NCBI RefSeq assembly: GCF_000022265.1
Contig: NC_011979.1
Coordinates: forward strand, 3,000,001-3,032,000
Source: Geotalea daltonii FRC-32
GTDB lineage: Bacteria; Desulfobacterota; Desulfuromonadia; Geobacterales; Geobacteraceae
Length of the DNA: 32,000 bases
Direction: 5' to 3'
How positions within the stretch are numbered: position 1 is the stretch's first letter; every line of letters starts with the position of its first letter. A model generated the notes under the pieces. The model was not told the origin of the DNA. It ran no database searches and was given only the letters and a program-made list of their open reading frames with translations. The translations under genes and the position numbers were made by a program. Of this stretch, positions 1 through 7,889 are shown piece by piece.

Positions 1-334
1 TGCGTGGATGGAATCAGGATAACTAAGAGTCTTTGAACAGCGGGTTGTACCGATAGAGCTTTAAAGGATAAATTTGCCCAGATTGAACCAACACCCAAAA
101 CGGGTTATGCGATGATCGTAAATGCTTTGAAATGGAGAGGTTTGAAGAGAGGGAATAGGGAGGAACAGTAATTACGGAGAAGAAATTTTATTTTGGTTTA
201 CACTTATTGTTATTATGAAGTAAACTAAACTAACTAGCTTTGACACTATGTATACGGCCCGAACCATGCACCTCTGGCAATGCCTGGAGCACCGGTTCGA
301 CTTACGAGGAACTACCCCGAAGAGGGACCGCCCC

Positions 335-2065
335 ATGAGAAAATTTCTCGAAGCGAACAAAAACCGCATCGTCATTGTCACCTATATTCTGCTCTTCTGC
401 ATGTTCTGCTTCTTTTCGCTGATGGACCTGCACAAGAGGACATCCGATTACGCCTACTTCGCCAACAAGATCAACAGTTTCATCAAGAATGCCCACGACA
501 GCGAGTCGGAGTACCTTTCCTCGAGGCTGGCCAACTATGTTAGTGCCGTTGCTCAAGAGAAGGACTTTGCCCGGCTGCTGGAAAGCAGTGATACGGAAGC
601 CCTGCAGAAGGCCGCCGAACCGGCTTTCCAGGATTTCGGAAAACGGTATGTTCCGGTCATCTCGGTCCTGATTTATGACCGCAACGGAAAACTCAGATAC
701 CACATGATACCTCCATCCATCCCCCACGACCCGGAACGATTCAGGCCGAATGTGAGCAAAGAGGTCTTCACCACGAAAAAATATACCTATGGGTATGAAA
801 CCAATATTGTCCCCCTATACTTCTGCACGGTCCTTCCGGTTAGGGACAGTCTTTCAAATGTAGTCGGGACGATAGAAATAGGTGTTGACCTGTCCTTTTT
901 CCACTACAATCTCAAATGGTTTTTGAAGGATGTGAAGACAGCTATTTTTTCCAAAGGTAAGCTCATAGAAAACCAAGGCGCTTACAAAACAGATTCTGCA
1001 GAGTACGTGTACGATTACTACAGAAAGCTTAAGGCCAATGACATCCAGTTTTTCAATCAGTTCAAAGACAGAATCGATTTCAAACGGACAAAAAACGACA
1101 TACAACTAGGGGAGAGATATTACCTGGTGAGCACATCGCAGGTACTCCGCGACAATGGAGGTCGCGAAGTTGGGAAATATTTGGTCGCCTATGACATGAC
1201 CGAACTGCGGAGCCGTCACTGGGGCTATTTCTACGTCTGGCTGCTGTTCTTTGCCATAACCGCTTCTGTCATGCTGTTTATTAACCTGGTCGGGTTCAGA
1301 AAGTACGAGCGTATCATCACCAATCAGGATAAGATGTTGGCCCAGCGCTCAAAGCAGTGCGCCCTCGGGGAAATGCTGGGGCATATAGGACACCAATGGC
1401 GGCAACCGCTCTACAACCTGTCGCTGATCGTTCAGAATATCGGGCTGCAGAACCAGCTCGGTAAACTGGACGACACACTGCTCAACAACCAGATCACCCA
1501 GGCGAACCAGAACATTCAGTACATGTCCAACATCATCGATGACTGGCGCTCTTTGCTGATGTCCGGCAGCAGTCGAACGGTGATCGAGCTTCAGGCATCT
1601 GTTGAGCGCGCCATTGCGATGGTGGCACCGGTCATGGAACAGAGCCGGATCACCATTGAAAACCGGATCACCTCGCAGGTGCATACCATGGGGTTCGTCA
1701 ACGACTTGGTGCAGGTAACCATCAATGTGCTATTGAACGCCCGGGATCAACTCTCCCTGATTACCGGTGAGCGAGTTGTCCTCCTCTCCTGCCAGGAAGA
1801 TATCGATTCTCTCGTAACCGTTACCTTTCAGGACAACGGTGGCGGGATACCCAATCATCTGCTGAGACGAATTTTCGAGCCTTATGTCACCACCAAGGAC
1901 AAGGCGGACGGCACAGGCCTCGGACTCTATCTCTGCCGTCAGATAGTCGAAAATCTCGACCAGGGCCGGGTCTGGGCGGAAAACAGATCCTTTGTACTGC
2001 TGGGGAAAGAGCAGTATGGGGCATGTATCTGTCTGCAATTTGCCAAAATACCAAAGGAGGAATAA
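335..2065 (+). CDS. Membrane sensor histidine kinase with two TM helices flanking a ~260-aa extracytoplasmic domain, followed by a HisKA-like H-box and HATPase_c
   Basis: ORF track 248..2065. I prefer the internal ATG at 335 (MRKFLEANK...) because GAAGAGGGA lies just upstream. TM helices are IVIVTYILLFCMFCFFSLMDL and WGYFYVWLLFFAITASVMLFINLVGF. Motifs: H-box GHIGHQWRQPL, N-box INVLLNARDQ, G1 FQDNGGGIP, G2 GTGLGLYLCRQIVE. The stop overlaps the next start (TAATG at 2063-2067). Confidence 0.85.
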   Translation: MRKFLEANKNRIVIVTYILLFCMFCFFSLMDLHKRTSDYAYFANKINSFIKNAHDSESEYLSSRLANYVSAVAQEKDFARLLESSDTEALQKAAEPAFQDFGKRYVPVISVLIYDRNGKLRYHMIPPSIPHDPERFRPNVSKEVFTTKKYTYGYETNIVPLYFCTVLPVRDSLSNVVGTIEIGVDLSFFHYNLKWFLKDVKTAIFSKGKLIENQGAYKTDSAEYVYDYYRKLKANDIQFFNQFKDRIDFKRTKNDIQLGERYYLVSTSQVLRDNGGREVGKYLVAYDMTELRSRHWGYFYVWLLFFAITASVMLFINLVGFRKYERIITNQDKMLAQRSKQCALGEMLGHIGHQWRQPLYNLSLIVQNIGLQNQLGKLDDTLLNNQITQANQNIQYMSNIIDDWRSLLMSGSSRTVIELQASVERAIAMVAPVMEQSRITIENRITSQVHTMGFVNDLVQVTINVLLNARDQLSLITGERVVLLSCQEDIDSLVTVTFQDNGGGIPNHLLRRIFEPYVTTKDKADGTGLGLYLCRQIVENLDQGRVWAENRSFVLLGKEQYGACICLQFAKIPKEE

Positions 2066-2724
2066 TGAACGTCAATGCGTTGCAGGATATGACCATACTT
2101 TTCGTCGACGACGAGGAGATTGCGCAGGAGCAGATGAAGCTGGTACTGAGCAGTTTCTGCAAAAACACCATCTGTGTTGGCAGCACCGAACAGGCCCTGC
2201 ATGCACTGGAAGAGCATCACCCTGATATAGTCCTCACCGATATCCGGATGCCCGGCTTGTCCGGCATTGAACTGCTCACTGCCATAAAACAAAAGGATCC
2301 GGCAGTCGCCGTTGTCATGGTCTCGGCCCACTCCGAGCCCGACTACCTGCTGGATGCGTTTCGCCACAAGGCTGACGGCTACCTTTTGAAACCGTTCAAC
2401 TTCCACGAGATGCTCGAGCTCCTTTCCGATATAGCGACTCAGAAGGTAGCCGCAAATCGGGAAACGAAACAGGGAGCTGGCAAAAGTGATTTTCTGCTGA
2501 AAATTCTCGATACGCTAGGAGGAAGACGGGCCGAGATCATCGAGTACGTCATCAACCACCTGGATGCTGACAACATGTTCAATGGCACCTATGACGAAGT
2601 GGCCGAGGCGCTCGGCGCCAGCAAGCCCACCGTCGTCGCCACATTTCAGATCATGCTGGAAAAGAACGTGCTGACCCGGATCAAGTACGGGACGTACCGG
2701 ATGAACATGGATGGTTCAGCTTGA
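2065..2724 (+). CDS. Response regulator: receiver domain plus a C-terminal winged-helix/HTH-like output domain
   Basis: ORF track 2023..2724. The ATG at 2065 is preceded by AAGGAGG (2053-2059) and is coupled to the kinase stop. Receiver motifs: ILFVDDEE, DIVLTDIRMPGLSG, VVMVSAH, GYLLKPF. The C-terminal segment TYDEVAEALGASKPTVVATFQIMLEKNVLTRIKYGTYRMN reads as HTH plus wing. Confidence 0.85.
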   Translation: MNVNALQDMTILFVDDEEIAQEQMKLVLSSFCKNTICVGSTEQALHALEEHHPDIVLTDIRMPGLSGIELLTAIKQKDPAVAVVMVSAHSEPDYLLDAFRHKADGYLLKPFNFHEMLELLSDIATQKVAANRETKQGAGKSDFLLKILDTLGGRRAEIIEYVINHLDADNMFNGTYDEVAEALGASKPTVVATFQIMLEKNVLTRIKYGTYRMNMDGSA

Positions 2725-2776
2725 ATTGCTCGTCAAAACTCGTACCACGGGTAAGGCCGTGGTGCCGGTAAGGCCG

Positions 2777-2792
2777 TGGTGCCAGGCTTGCA
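2777..2792 (+). promoter_or_regulatory. Candidate sigma54 (-24/-12) promoter, copy 1: TGGTGC-CAGGC-TTGCA
   Basis: The GG-N10-GC spacing is exact and the -12 element TTGCA is perfect. The -24 element is TGGTGC against the consensus TGGCAC. It points toward yggU at 3000. Confidence 0.35.
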
Positions 2793-2814
2793 ATTGTGCA
2801 ATCGGGTAAGGCCG

Positions 2815-2830
2815 TGGTGCCAGGCTTGCA
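2815..2830 (+). promoter_or_regulatory. Candidate sigma54 (-24/-12) promoter, copy 2 (identical duplicate)
   Basis: The same 16-mer TGGTGCCAGGCTTGCA sits in the second 38-bp repeat unit. Confidence 0.35.
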
Positions 2831-2999
2831 ATTGTGCAATTAGCCCTTGTATCGTGACTTTATTGGAGTTCCAGGGCAAACGGGAGAGGATAAGGTCTTG
2901 GACCAGCCCCAACTGCCACTCAAAGAGAAAACTAAGGGGCAATTTAATATGAGGTGGACCCCAAGGTGGACCGTACTTGAGACTTAACACCGGAGAAAT

Positions 3000-3299
3000 A
3001 TGAAGAAACAGTTTTGTGTCTGGGATGGCGATACGCTGGTGCTTAATATTCTTGGCACTCCCAATGCCAAGCGGGATGCCATCGGCAAGGTGAAGGGGCA
3101 TCAGCTTTGTGTCAGTGTGACGGCGGTTCCCCGTGCCGGGCGGGCGACCGACCATATGGTGCGGTTTCTGGCCGAAGAGTTTGGCGTCTCCGTCAGCGAT
3201 ATTCAGGTTGTGTCCGGGCGGATGAATGTCAACAAACAGCTGCGGATCAAGGCGCCCAAACGGCTGCCATCAGTCATCGGGCAGCAGGAGTTATGCTAG
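3000..3299 (+). CDS. yggU: DUF167 / UPF0235 family protein (YggU-like)
   Basis: 99-aa ORF with GGAG 5 nt upstream of the ATG. The sequence LVLNILGTPNAKRDAIGKVKGHQLCVSVTAVPRAGRATDHMVRFLAEEFGVSVSDIQVVSGRMNVNKQLRI matches the typical YggU pattern (A-P-x-x-G-x-A-N ... G-x-x-S-R-x-K). Confidence 0.8.
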   Translation: MKKQFCVWDGDTLVLNILGTPNAKRDAIGKVKGHQLCVSVTAVPRAGRATDHMVRFLAEEFGVSVSDIQVVSGRMNVNKQLRIKAPKRLPSVIGQQELC

Positions 3300-3410
3300 T
3301 AAGAGTTCAAGGGCTTGCAAGCTGTTCGCCGCCTTGGCGTTTAGGCAAAGATCCAGCGGCTTTCCGGTCAGTGACGGCAAGGCCGCCTGATGCACCTTTT
3401 TCAGGTAGCC

Positions 3411-3752
3411 CTACCTGTCATCACCACTTTCCTTGGACCCCGTCTCGATAAGCCTCTTGGTCAGTACTACCATGCCTATTTGCTGCGACCATTCCGAGAT
3501 GACATTACTGACCACGGTTCCCCATTTGCTTTCCGGATCGACCTTAAGAAAGGCAACTATCCAGCCCAATCCGGTGAGGATGAGAAACAGGGTCAGCGAG
3601 TGTTCGTGCAGCAACTCCAGTAGATGGTTTTTATACTTTTTGCGGGGGTTGACCTTCCCCCCTTTACAGCGCCAGGATGCCTCCGGCCACCAGACTAAGG
3701 GAGTGGCGTCCCAGAATGGCTGATGCGAGTGTGAATATTTCCCGCCGGCCAT
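3411..3752 (-). CDS. Hypothetical small membrane protein, possibly truncated by an in-frame TAG
   Basis: ORF track 3411..3755. The ATG at 3752-3750 overlaps the TGA of the upstream DUF1579 gene by 1 nt (TGATG coupling). There is one clear hydrophobic helix, LTLFLILTGLGWIVAFL. No family recognised. The frame stays open for 39 more codons past the TAG at 3411-3413. Confidence 0.35.
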   Translation of the reverse strand: MAGGKYSHSHQPFWDATPLVWWPEASWRCKGGKVNPRKKYKNHLLELLHEHSLTLFLILTGLGWIVAFLKVDPESKWGTVVSNVISEWSQQIGMVVLTKRLIETGSKESGDDR

Positions 3753-4288
3753 CACTTTTTCCGTGAGTATACGCCTTCCATCATCTTCATTTCTTTGCCG
3801 CCGGTGCCGGTGCTGAACATCTGCATCGCCCAGGTGTCGTTATCGACTACCCTGGTTACCGAACGCCAATTCATTGGTCCTTGTATAGGATCGTTGTAGC
3901 TGCTTGTCTGGATAATGCTTCGTTCATCTTCCCCCAAATCCCCTTCGAAGAGGTAGATACCGGTGCCCATGGTATCCATCCAGGTGGAGACGAATTTTTT
4001 GCTGTTGTTATCATAGCCCATGAAACCGATGCCGTTGAATGGGCTTTCCATCATCTTACCCCTGAACTCCTGCTGCAGAAAGCGCCCGTCGAGAACCATC
4101 TTCTGCTCGCAGATGCCCACTGATTCCACAGGGGGCTGATCCGGCTCCATCCATGATTTTATCCGGGCATCCCAGCTTCCTTCCATCCTGGCCAGGAGTC
4201 GATGCGGGGCACCCGGCGTTGCCAGCTTCTTATAGGTTTCCATCATTGTCTGCATATCCATCCCGCCTTGTTTCGCTTCTGCGGCCAT
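3752..4288 (-). CDS. DUF1579 family protein
   Basis: 178-aa ORF with AAGGAGG 6 nt upstream of the ATG at 4288. The segment TPGAPHRLLARMEGSWDARIKSWMEP...MVLDGRFLQQEFRG...GIGFMGYDNNSKKFVSTWMDTMGTGIY resembles the DUF1579 signature as I remember it. Confidence 0.7.
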   Translation of the reverse strand: MAAEAKQGGMDMQTMMETYKKLATPGAPHRLLARMEGSWDARIKSWMEPDQPPVESVGICEQKMVLDGRFLQQEFRGKMMESPFNGIGFMGYDNNSKKFVSTWMDTMGTGIYLFEGDLGEDERSIIQTSSYNDPIQGPMNWRSVTRVVDNDTWAMQMFSTGTGGKEMKMMEGVYSRKK

Positions 4289-4683
4289 AGGAACCTCCTT
4301 GAAGAATAGCTGCCTGACATGGGGTGGGGCAGCGGTTGGACGAATGGCAGTTATATCTCTTTAACAATTCTATCGGAAATGGTCGGTATCTCAAGGAAGG
4401 TGGCAGGAGAGGGAGCAATATGTTAATGAATTAAAGGTTTTTAGTGTTAATCCCGTTGAATCCGCCTTGCTGTTGCCTTATAGTGCCAAAAGTTAATTAA
4501 GATACCCATAGAGTGGGGTTCCAATTAAATGCCCAGTTCAACTTGCGATTTTTACTGTGAGAAAATTTTTAATGGCTTGATTGATGTCCCGATTTATCCC
4601 ATGTGGTGTTGACCTCCTACGCTGAAATCTTCGGCAGCACATGGTTATGTGCAGTAGTTGAGACGAAACAGCCGGGGAGTCTC

Positions 4684-5304
4684 ATGCCGATGGCTGACCC
4701 CTCTGTTTCGCGCCCTGACCCAGAATCCACAGATTCAATATCGGAGGGCTGGATGGCAGCAGAAACTGAAACAAAATCATGCTCGATCTGTGCAGAGACA
4801 ATTCACAGGAATGCACGGAAATGCAAGGTCTGCGGCTGTTATCAGACATTTTTCGCCCGTGCCATGGATGTTGCGAGTTCATCCTTCGGCGTCATTGCCG
4901 TCATTGTTTCGGTGTGCACGACGCTGTATGTGACCTTTGTTACCTATGCCTCCATTTCCGGCAGAATAAAGATGTTCTGCAGGCTGGTAGATGATAGCTC
5001 CATAGCGATTAATGCCGGCAAAACTGGCAATATTCCCGCAACCATAGAAAAGGTTACCATGCGGGTCATATCCGGAGGGAGCAGTACCGAACCTAAGGAA
5101 CTTGCCAGGAAAGAGAAATCGACATTTCCGGTTGTCACACCCAGAACCTATTCCACGTACATCTACCAGAATGAAGCCAGTGATGTGCCTACGGCATTCG
5201 ATCCGGGCGGGGATAGCGGATGCAAATACGAGATTACGGTGCTGTTTCGGGATCTGACCGATAATGACACGACTCTGAAGGAGACGTTGCCATGCATAAA
5301 ATAA
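4684..5304 (+). CDS. Hypothetical zinc-ribbon / single-pass membrane protein (first gene of the 3-gene cluster)
   Basis: ORF track 4603..5304 (GTG start). I prefer the ATG at 4684, with GGGGAG 5 nt upstream. CxxC-x11-CxxC is present (CSICAETIHRNARKCKVCGC). TM helix FGVIAVIVSVCTTLYVTFVTYA. Beta-rich C-terminal part. Confidence 0.6.
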   Translation: MPMADPSVSRPDPESTDSISEGWMAAETETKSCSICAETIHRNARKCKVCGCYQTFFARAMDVASSSFGVIAVIVSVCTTLYVTFVTYASISGRIKMFCRLVDDSSIAINAGKTGNIPATIEKVTMRVISGGSSTEPKELARKEKSTFPVVTPRTYSTYIYQNEASDVPTAFDPGGDSGCKYEITVLFRDLTDNDTTLKETLPCIK

Positions 5305-5903
5305 TTGTCGCTCTGCTGCTGCTCTGCATAGGGACTCCTGCTGTCGCGACAGGGGAGGATCCACCTCGCCTGAAAATTACCGTTTTCAGGTATATAGGCA
5401 TGAATGAGAGGGAGAACTCTTACAACGACCTTGTGATGAGACGGCTCAAAGAAAAAGTGGACGATATCAAGCGGGAGTTTGCCGATTCATCGTATATCAA
5501 GGGGCTCTTCGTCGAACGGGGCATCCGTGAACCCAGGAGTTATGAAGAATTTGTCGATCAAGCCAAGGCTCTGCAGGCATTCACCGGAGCCATGGACCAA
5601 AGCCGCCTCCATACGACTATCTACCTTTGCAAGTTGCGGGGAAGTCTTCCCAGGGAAAAGGTAACCATTTCGACGAAAATTGCCATGGCTGAATACCAGG
5701 AACTTCGAGATCTCTACAAAATGGTCACCCTCTATGCTCTTGCGATGGATGCCAAACGGCTGCACAAGACCGCCGAGGCAATCCGATTCCTGCAGAAGGC
5801 TAACAGTCTGAGCTATGGGAGAAATGTAAGCAAAGGTGACGACACTGCCATGTTGATAAGGGCCATAAAAACCGAATTGAAGAATCTCAGCGGGAAGGGG
5901 TGA
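5292..5903 (+). CDS. Hypothetical secreted protein (second gene of the cluster)
   Basis: The ATG at 5292 overlaps the previous gene by 13 nt, and AAGGAG (5277-5282) lies upstream. Signal peptide MHKIIVALLLLCIGTPAVATG. Helical, TPR-like C-terminus. Confidence 0.6.
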   Translation: MHKIIVALLLLCIGTPAVATGEDPPRLKITVFRYIGMNERENSYNDLVMRRLKEKVDDIKREFADSSYIKGLFVERGIREPRSYEEFVDQAKALQAFTGAMDQSRLHTTIYLCKLRGSLPREKVTISTKIAMAEYQELRDLYKMVTLYALAMDAKRLHKTAEAIRFLQKANSLSYGRNVSKGDDTAMLIRAIKTELKNLSGKG

Positions 5904-5908
5904 CCGTG

Positions 5909-6952
5909 ATGTTGATACGTCTTGTTTTGGCTCTGATGGTTTTGCATCTCATTTCCGGCAATGCAGCTGCCGAAAAGTTTCGGCTTCTGCTCCCTCCCTT
6001 CTCCGGCGATCCGGTAGGCAAAAACGTCTCATCCTTTCTTAACATCGAGATACTGAAGTCCTTTCGGATAAACACTCTGGAAAAAGGCCGCTCAATCAGG
6101 CGTGCCACCATTAATCATAAGGATCTCGTGCTTTCGAATCATTCTAGTGCTGAAGGGGCGGGGCGGAAGACAAAATCGGATATGGTGTACTGGGGAAAGG
6201 CTTTCAAATATGGTGACGGTGTTATCGTTGAAAGTTCACTGACCATTCCTGCGGACAAGCTGCCGAAAGGTTCGTTCTGGGTAGTCAAAAGCCCAAAGGC
6301 GAAGGCACAGCTTTCTATCGACTTACCGAACCGCTACTATGAGTTCAAACCATTCCTTTTGGACAGAAAGATCTACAAAGAGTACACCGATGTCTCCCAG
6401 GCTGTCGTCTACGCCGACCGTACTTTCAGGAATCCTGTCGGAAAGGTTGGCCCGGTGTTCAGGGCCATATCCATGGAGTATGAATCCATAAAGGTGAAGT
6501 ATCAGGGAAAAGAAGGGTACATCAAATACCCGGCCATATCAGAAAAACCCGAGGGCACCATTAACTTCATCAACGGGATTATCAGGGTCTTGCGTGGCGA
6601 TCGGGTCCGCGGGAAACAGAGCCTGCTGAAGGTTCTAGACGCTCAAGATGTTTCCCGTGAGGTACAGGAAGATACCCGGTTGTTTCTTGGGTATCTTGCT
6701 GTCGCAACAAAGGACTATGCCCAAGGGAATAAGTATCTGCGAGAGGCTTATGACATAAACCCGTATTCTGTAACGGTTGTCAAATACTACCTGACAGGTC
6801 TTATAGCAGCTTCACTGTCACCTGATGGGACGCCAAATATAGATGTTGTCGAGCAGGTCGCCGGTTTATTGAAGCAGAACGAAAAGTTATTCGAACCGGG
6901 TGATCGGTGGCTTGCTGCATGTCAGAAGATTCTTGAGGCTGGGAAGCAATAG
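5909..6952 (+). CDS. Hypothetical secreted protein with a TPR-like C-terminus (third gene of the cluster)
   Basis: The ORF track starts at GTG 5900, which overlaps the previous stop (GTGA). The ATG at 5909 is better placed behind GGAAGGGG (5893-5900). Signal peptide MLIRLVLALMVLHLISGNAAA. Contains the LLLPPFSGDPVGKNVSSFLNIEIL motif and C-terminal helical repeats. Confidence 0.65.
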   Translation: MLIRLVLALMVLHLISGNAAAEKFRLLLPPFSGDPVGKNVSSFLNIEILKSFRINTLEKGRSIRRATINHKDLVLSNHSSAEGAGRKTKSDMVYWGKAFKYGDGVIVESSLTIPADKLPKGSFWVVKSPKAKAQLSIDLPNRYYEFKPFLLDRKIYKEYTDVSQAVVYADRTFRNPVGKVGPVFRAISMEYESIKVKYQGKEGYIKYPAISEKPEGTINFINGIIRVLRGDRVRGKQSLLKVLDAQDVSREVQEDTRLFLGYLAVATKDYAQGNKYLREAYDINPYSVTVVKYYLTGLIAASLSPDGTPNIDVVEQVAGLLKQNEKLFEPGDRWLAACQKILEAGKQ

Positions 6953-7095
6953 TTGCTCTATGCTTCCCCTTCGACGCTAGCACGTTGGAGAGGATTATCA
7001 AAAGCAAAGCTATAGGATTACCTTTAAGTCACGGGGTCGGTCTTGCCTTTGTTTATGGGTAATTAAGCAGATCGGAATACGGGAGAGAAACAGTG

Positions 7096-7719
7096 ATGAA
7101 TCTTGACAAAAATAAGCCATTCTCGATGATCCGGGATTTCCATCTTGCCGATTGGTTTACACTCGCAAACGCTGCCTGTGGCATGTCGGCTTTGTTTGCC
7201 ATGATGACATACCTGCAAACGGCGAGTGTCAGGCATATCTACTTTGCTTGCGGATCGGTCCTTGCCGCTGTCGTCTTCGATGTTTTGGATGGACGAATTG
7301 CCCGCTGGCGGCAGAAGAGCTCGGCTATGGGCCGAGATCTCGATTCTCTCGCCGACATTGTCTCTTTTGGCGTAGCCCCAGCTGTGATTGCATACGGTTG
7401 TGGCATGCAGGGGCTGCATGATCGTGTTGTCCTGACCATATTCGTCGCCTGCGGAGTATCTCGTTTAGCCCGCTTCAATGTCACGGCCGAAGCGCTGTCT
7501 GAAGGCGGGGACAAGGTGAAGTATTTTGAAGGAACTCCCATTCCAACGTCGCTGTTGCTGGTCATTATGATGTGGATGGCTGCTTCGCAGGGCGCTTTGC
7601 ACGAATCCCTCTGGTTCGGAGAGGTCATGCTTGCCGGATTCACACTTCACCCGATTGTCCTGTTTTTCGCGCTTTCCGGCTCACTCATGGTGAGCCGGAT
7701 ACGGTTCCCAAAGCTCTGA
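7096..7719 (+). CDS. pssA: CDP-diacylglycerol--serine O-phosphatidyltransferase (CDP-alcohol phosphatidyltransferase family)
   Basis: ORF track 7093..7719 (GTG). The ATG at 7096 lies behind GGGAGAG (7081-7087). The CDP-alcohol motif D-G-x2-A-R-x8-G-x3-D-x3-D is present as DVLDGRIARWRQKSSAMGRDLDSLADIV. Multi-TM profile. Confidence 0.85.
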   Translation: MNLDKNKPFSMIRDFHLADWFTLANAACGMSALFAMMTYLQTASVRHIYFACGSVLAAVVFDVLDGRIARWRQKSSAMGRDLDSLADIVSFGVAPAVIAYGCGMQGLHDRVVLTIFVACGVSRLARFNVTAEALSEGGDKVKYFEGTPIPTSLLLVIMMWMAASQGALHESLWFGEVMLAGFTLHPIVLFFALSGSLMVSRIRFPKL

Positions 7720-7842
7720 CGTGCACCTCTACCCGCCCTCCGCCGTTGGCCTTGGTCGGCTGTTTGCATCACCTTTTCCGGCGATAAAACCCGTCACATC
7801 CGGGCCATGGTTGAAATGAATCTGAAGCCTTTGATGGTTCTG

Positions 7843-7866
7843 AGGACAGTACTTAGGACAGTACTA
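7843..7866 (+). promoter_or_regulatory. Direct repeat AGGACAGTACT(T/A) x2 with a 12-bp period, upstream of the 7890 ORF
   Basis: Read directly (7843-7854 and 7855-7866). Each copy contains the palindrome AGTACT. It lies 24-47 nt upstream of the ATG at 7890. Its function as an operator is inference. Confidence 0.3.
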
Positions 7867-7889
7867 CAAAATTTATAGGAGCAAATATT

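Larger units (their letters stand above)
2749..2840. repeat. Tandem repeat block: GGTAAGGCCGTGGTGCC x3, with the last two copies embedded in a 38-bp unit (GGTAAGGCCGTGGTGCCAGGCTTGCAATTGTGCAAT) repeated twice
   Basis: Read directly. Short-unit copies start at about 2750, 2767 and 2805. The 38-bp units span roughly 2767-2803 and 2805-2840. Each long unit contains the inverted repeat TTGCA-ATTG-TGCAA. ACCACGG (2745-2751) / CCGTGGT (2757-2763) can also pair. Confidence 0.9.

Noticed and set aside
294-300. GGTTCGA T-loop-like heptamers (also near 13228), checked as possible tRNA genes
   Set aside because: No acceptor, D or anticodon stems could be built around them. The first is in the kinase 5' region and the second is part of the rhlE leader hairpin.
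172-381. 69-aa minus-strand ORF at the window start
   Set aside because: It overlaps the kinase start region and the AT-rich promoter area. It has low complexity and no SD.
3053-3068. Near-consensus sigma54 motif TGGCAC-N5-ATGC
   Set aside because: It lies inside the yggU coding sequence with no downstream plus-strand gene to drive, so it is probably a chance match.
2733-3155. 140-aa minus-strand ORF spanning the tandem repeats and the start of yggU
   Set aside because: It overlaps a confident yggU on the other strand. It is partly made of repeat DNA and has neither an SD nor recognisable motifs.
4529-4612. 27-codon ORF (MPSSTCDFYCEKIFNGLIDVPIYPMWC) in the AT-rich region upstream of the three-gene cluster
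   Set aside because: No SD, no conservation evidence available, and it is easily a chance ORF in AT-rich DNA.
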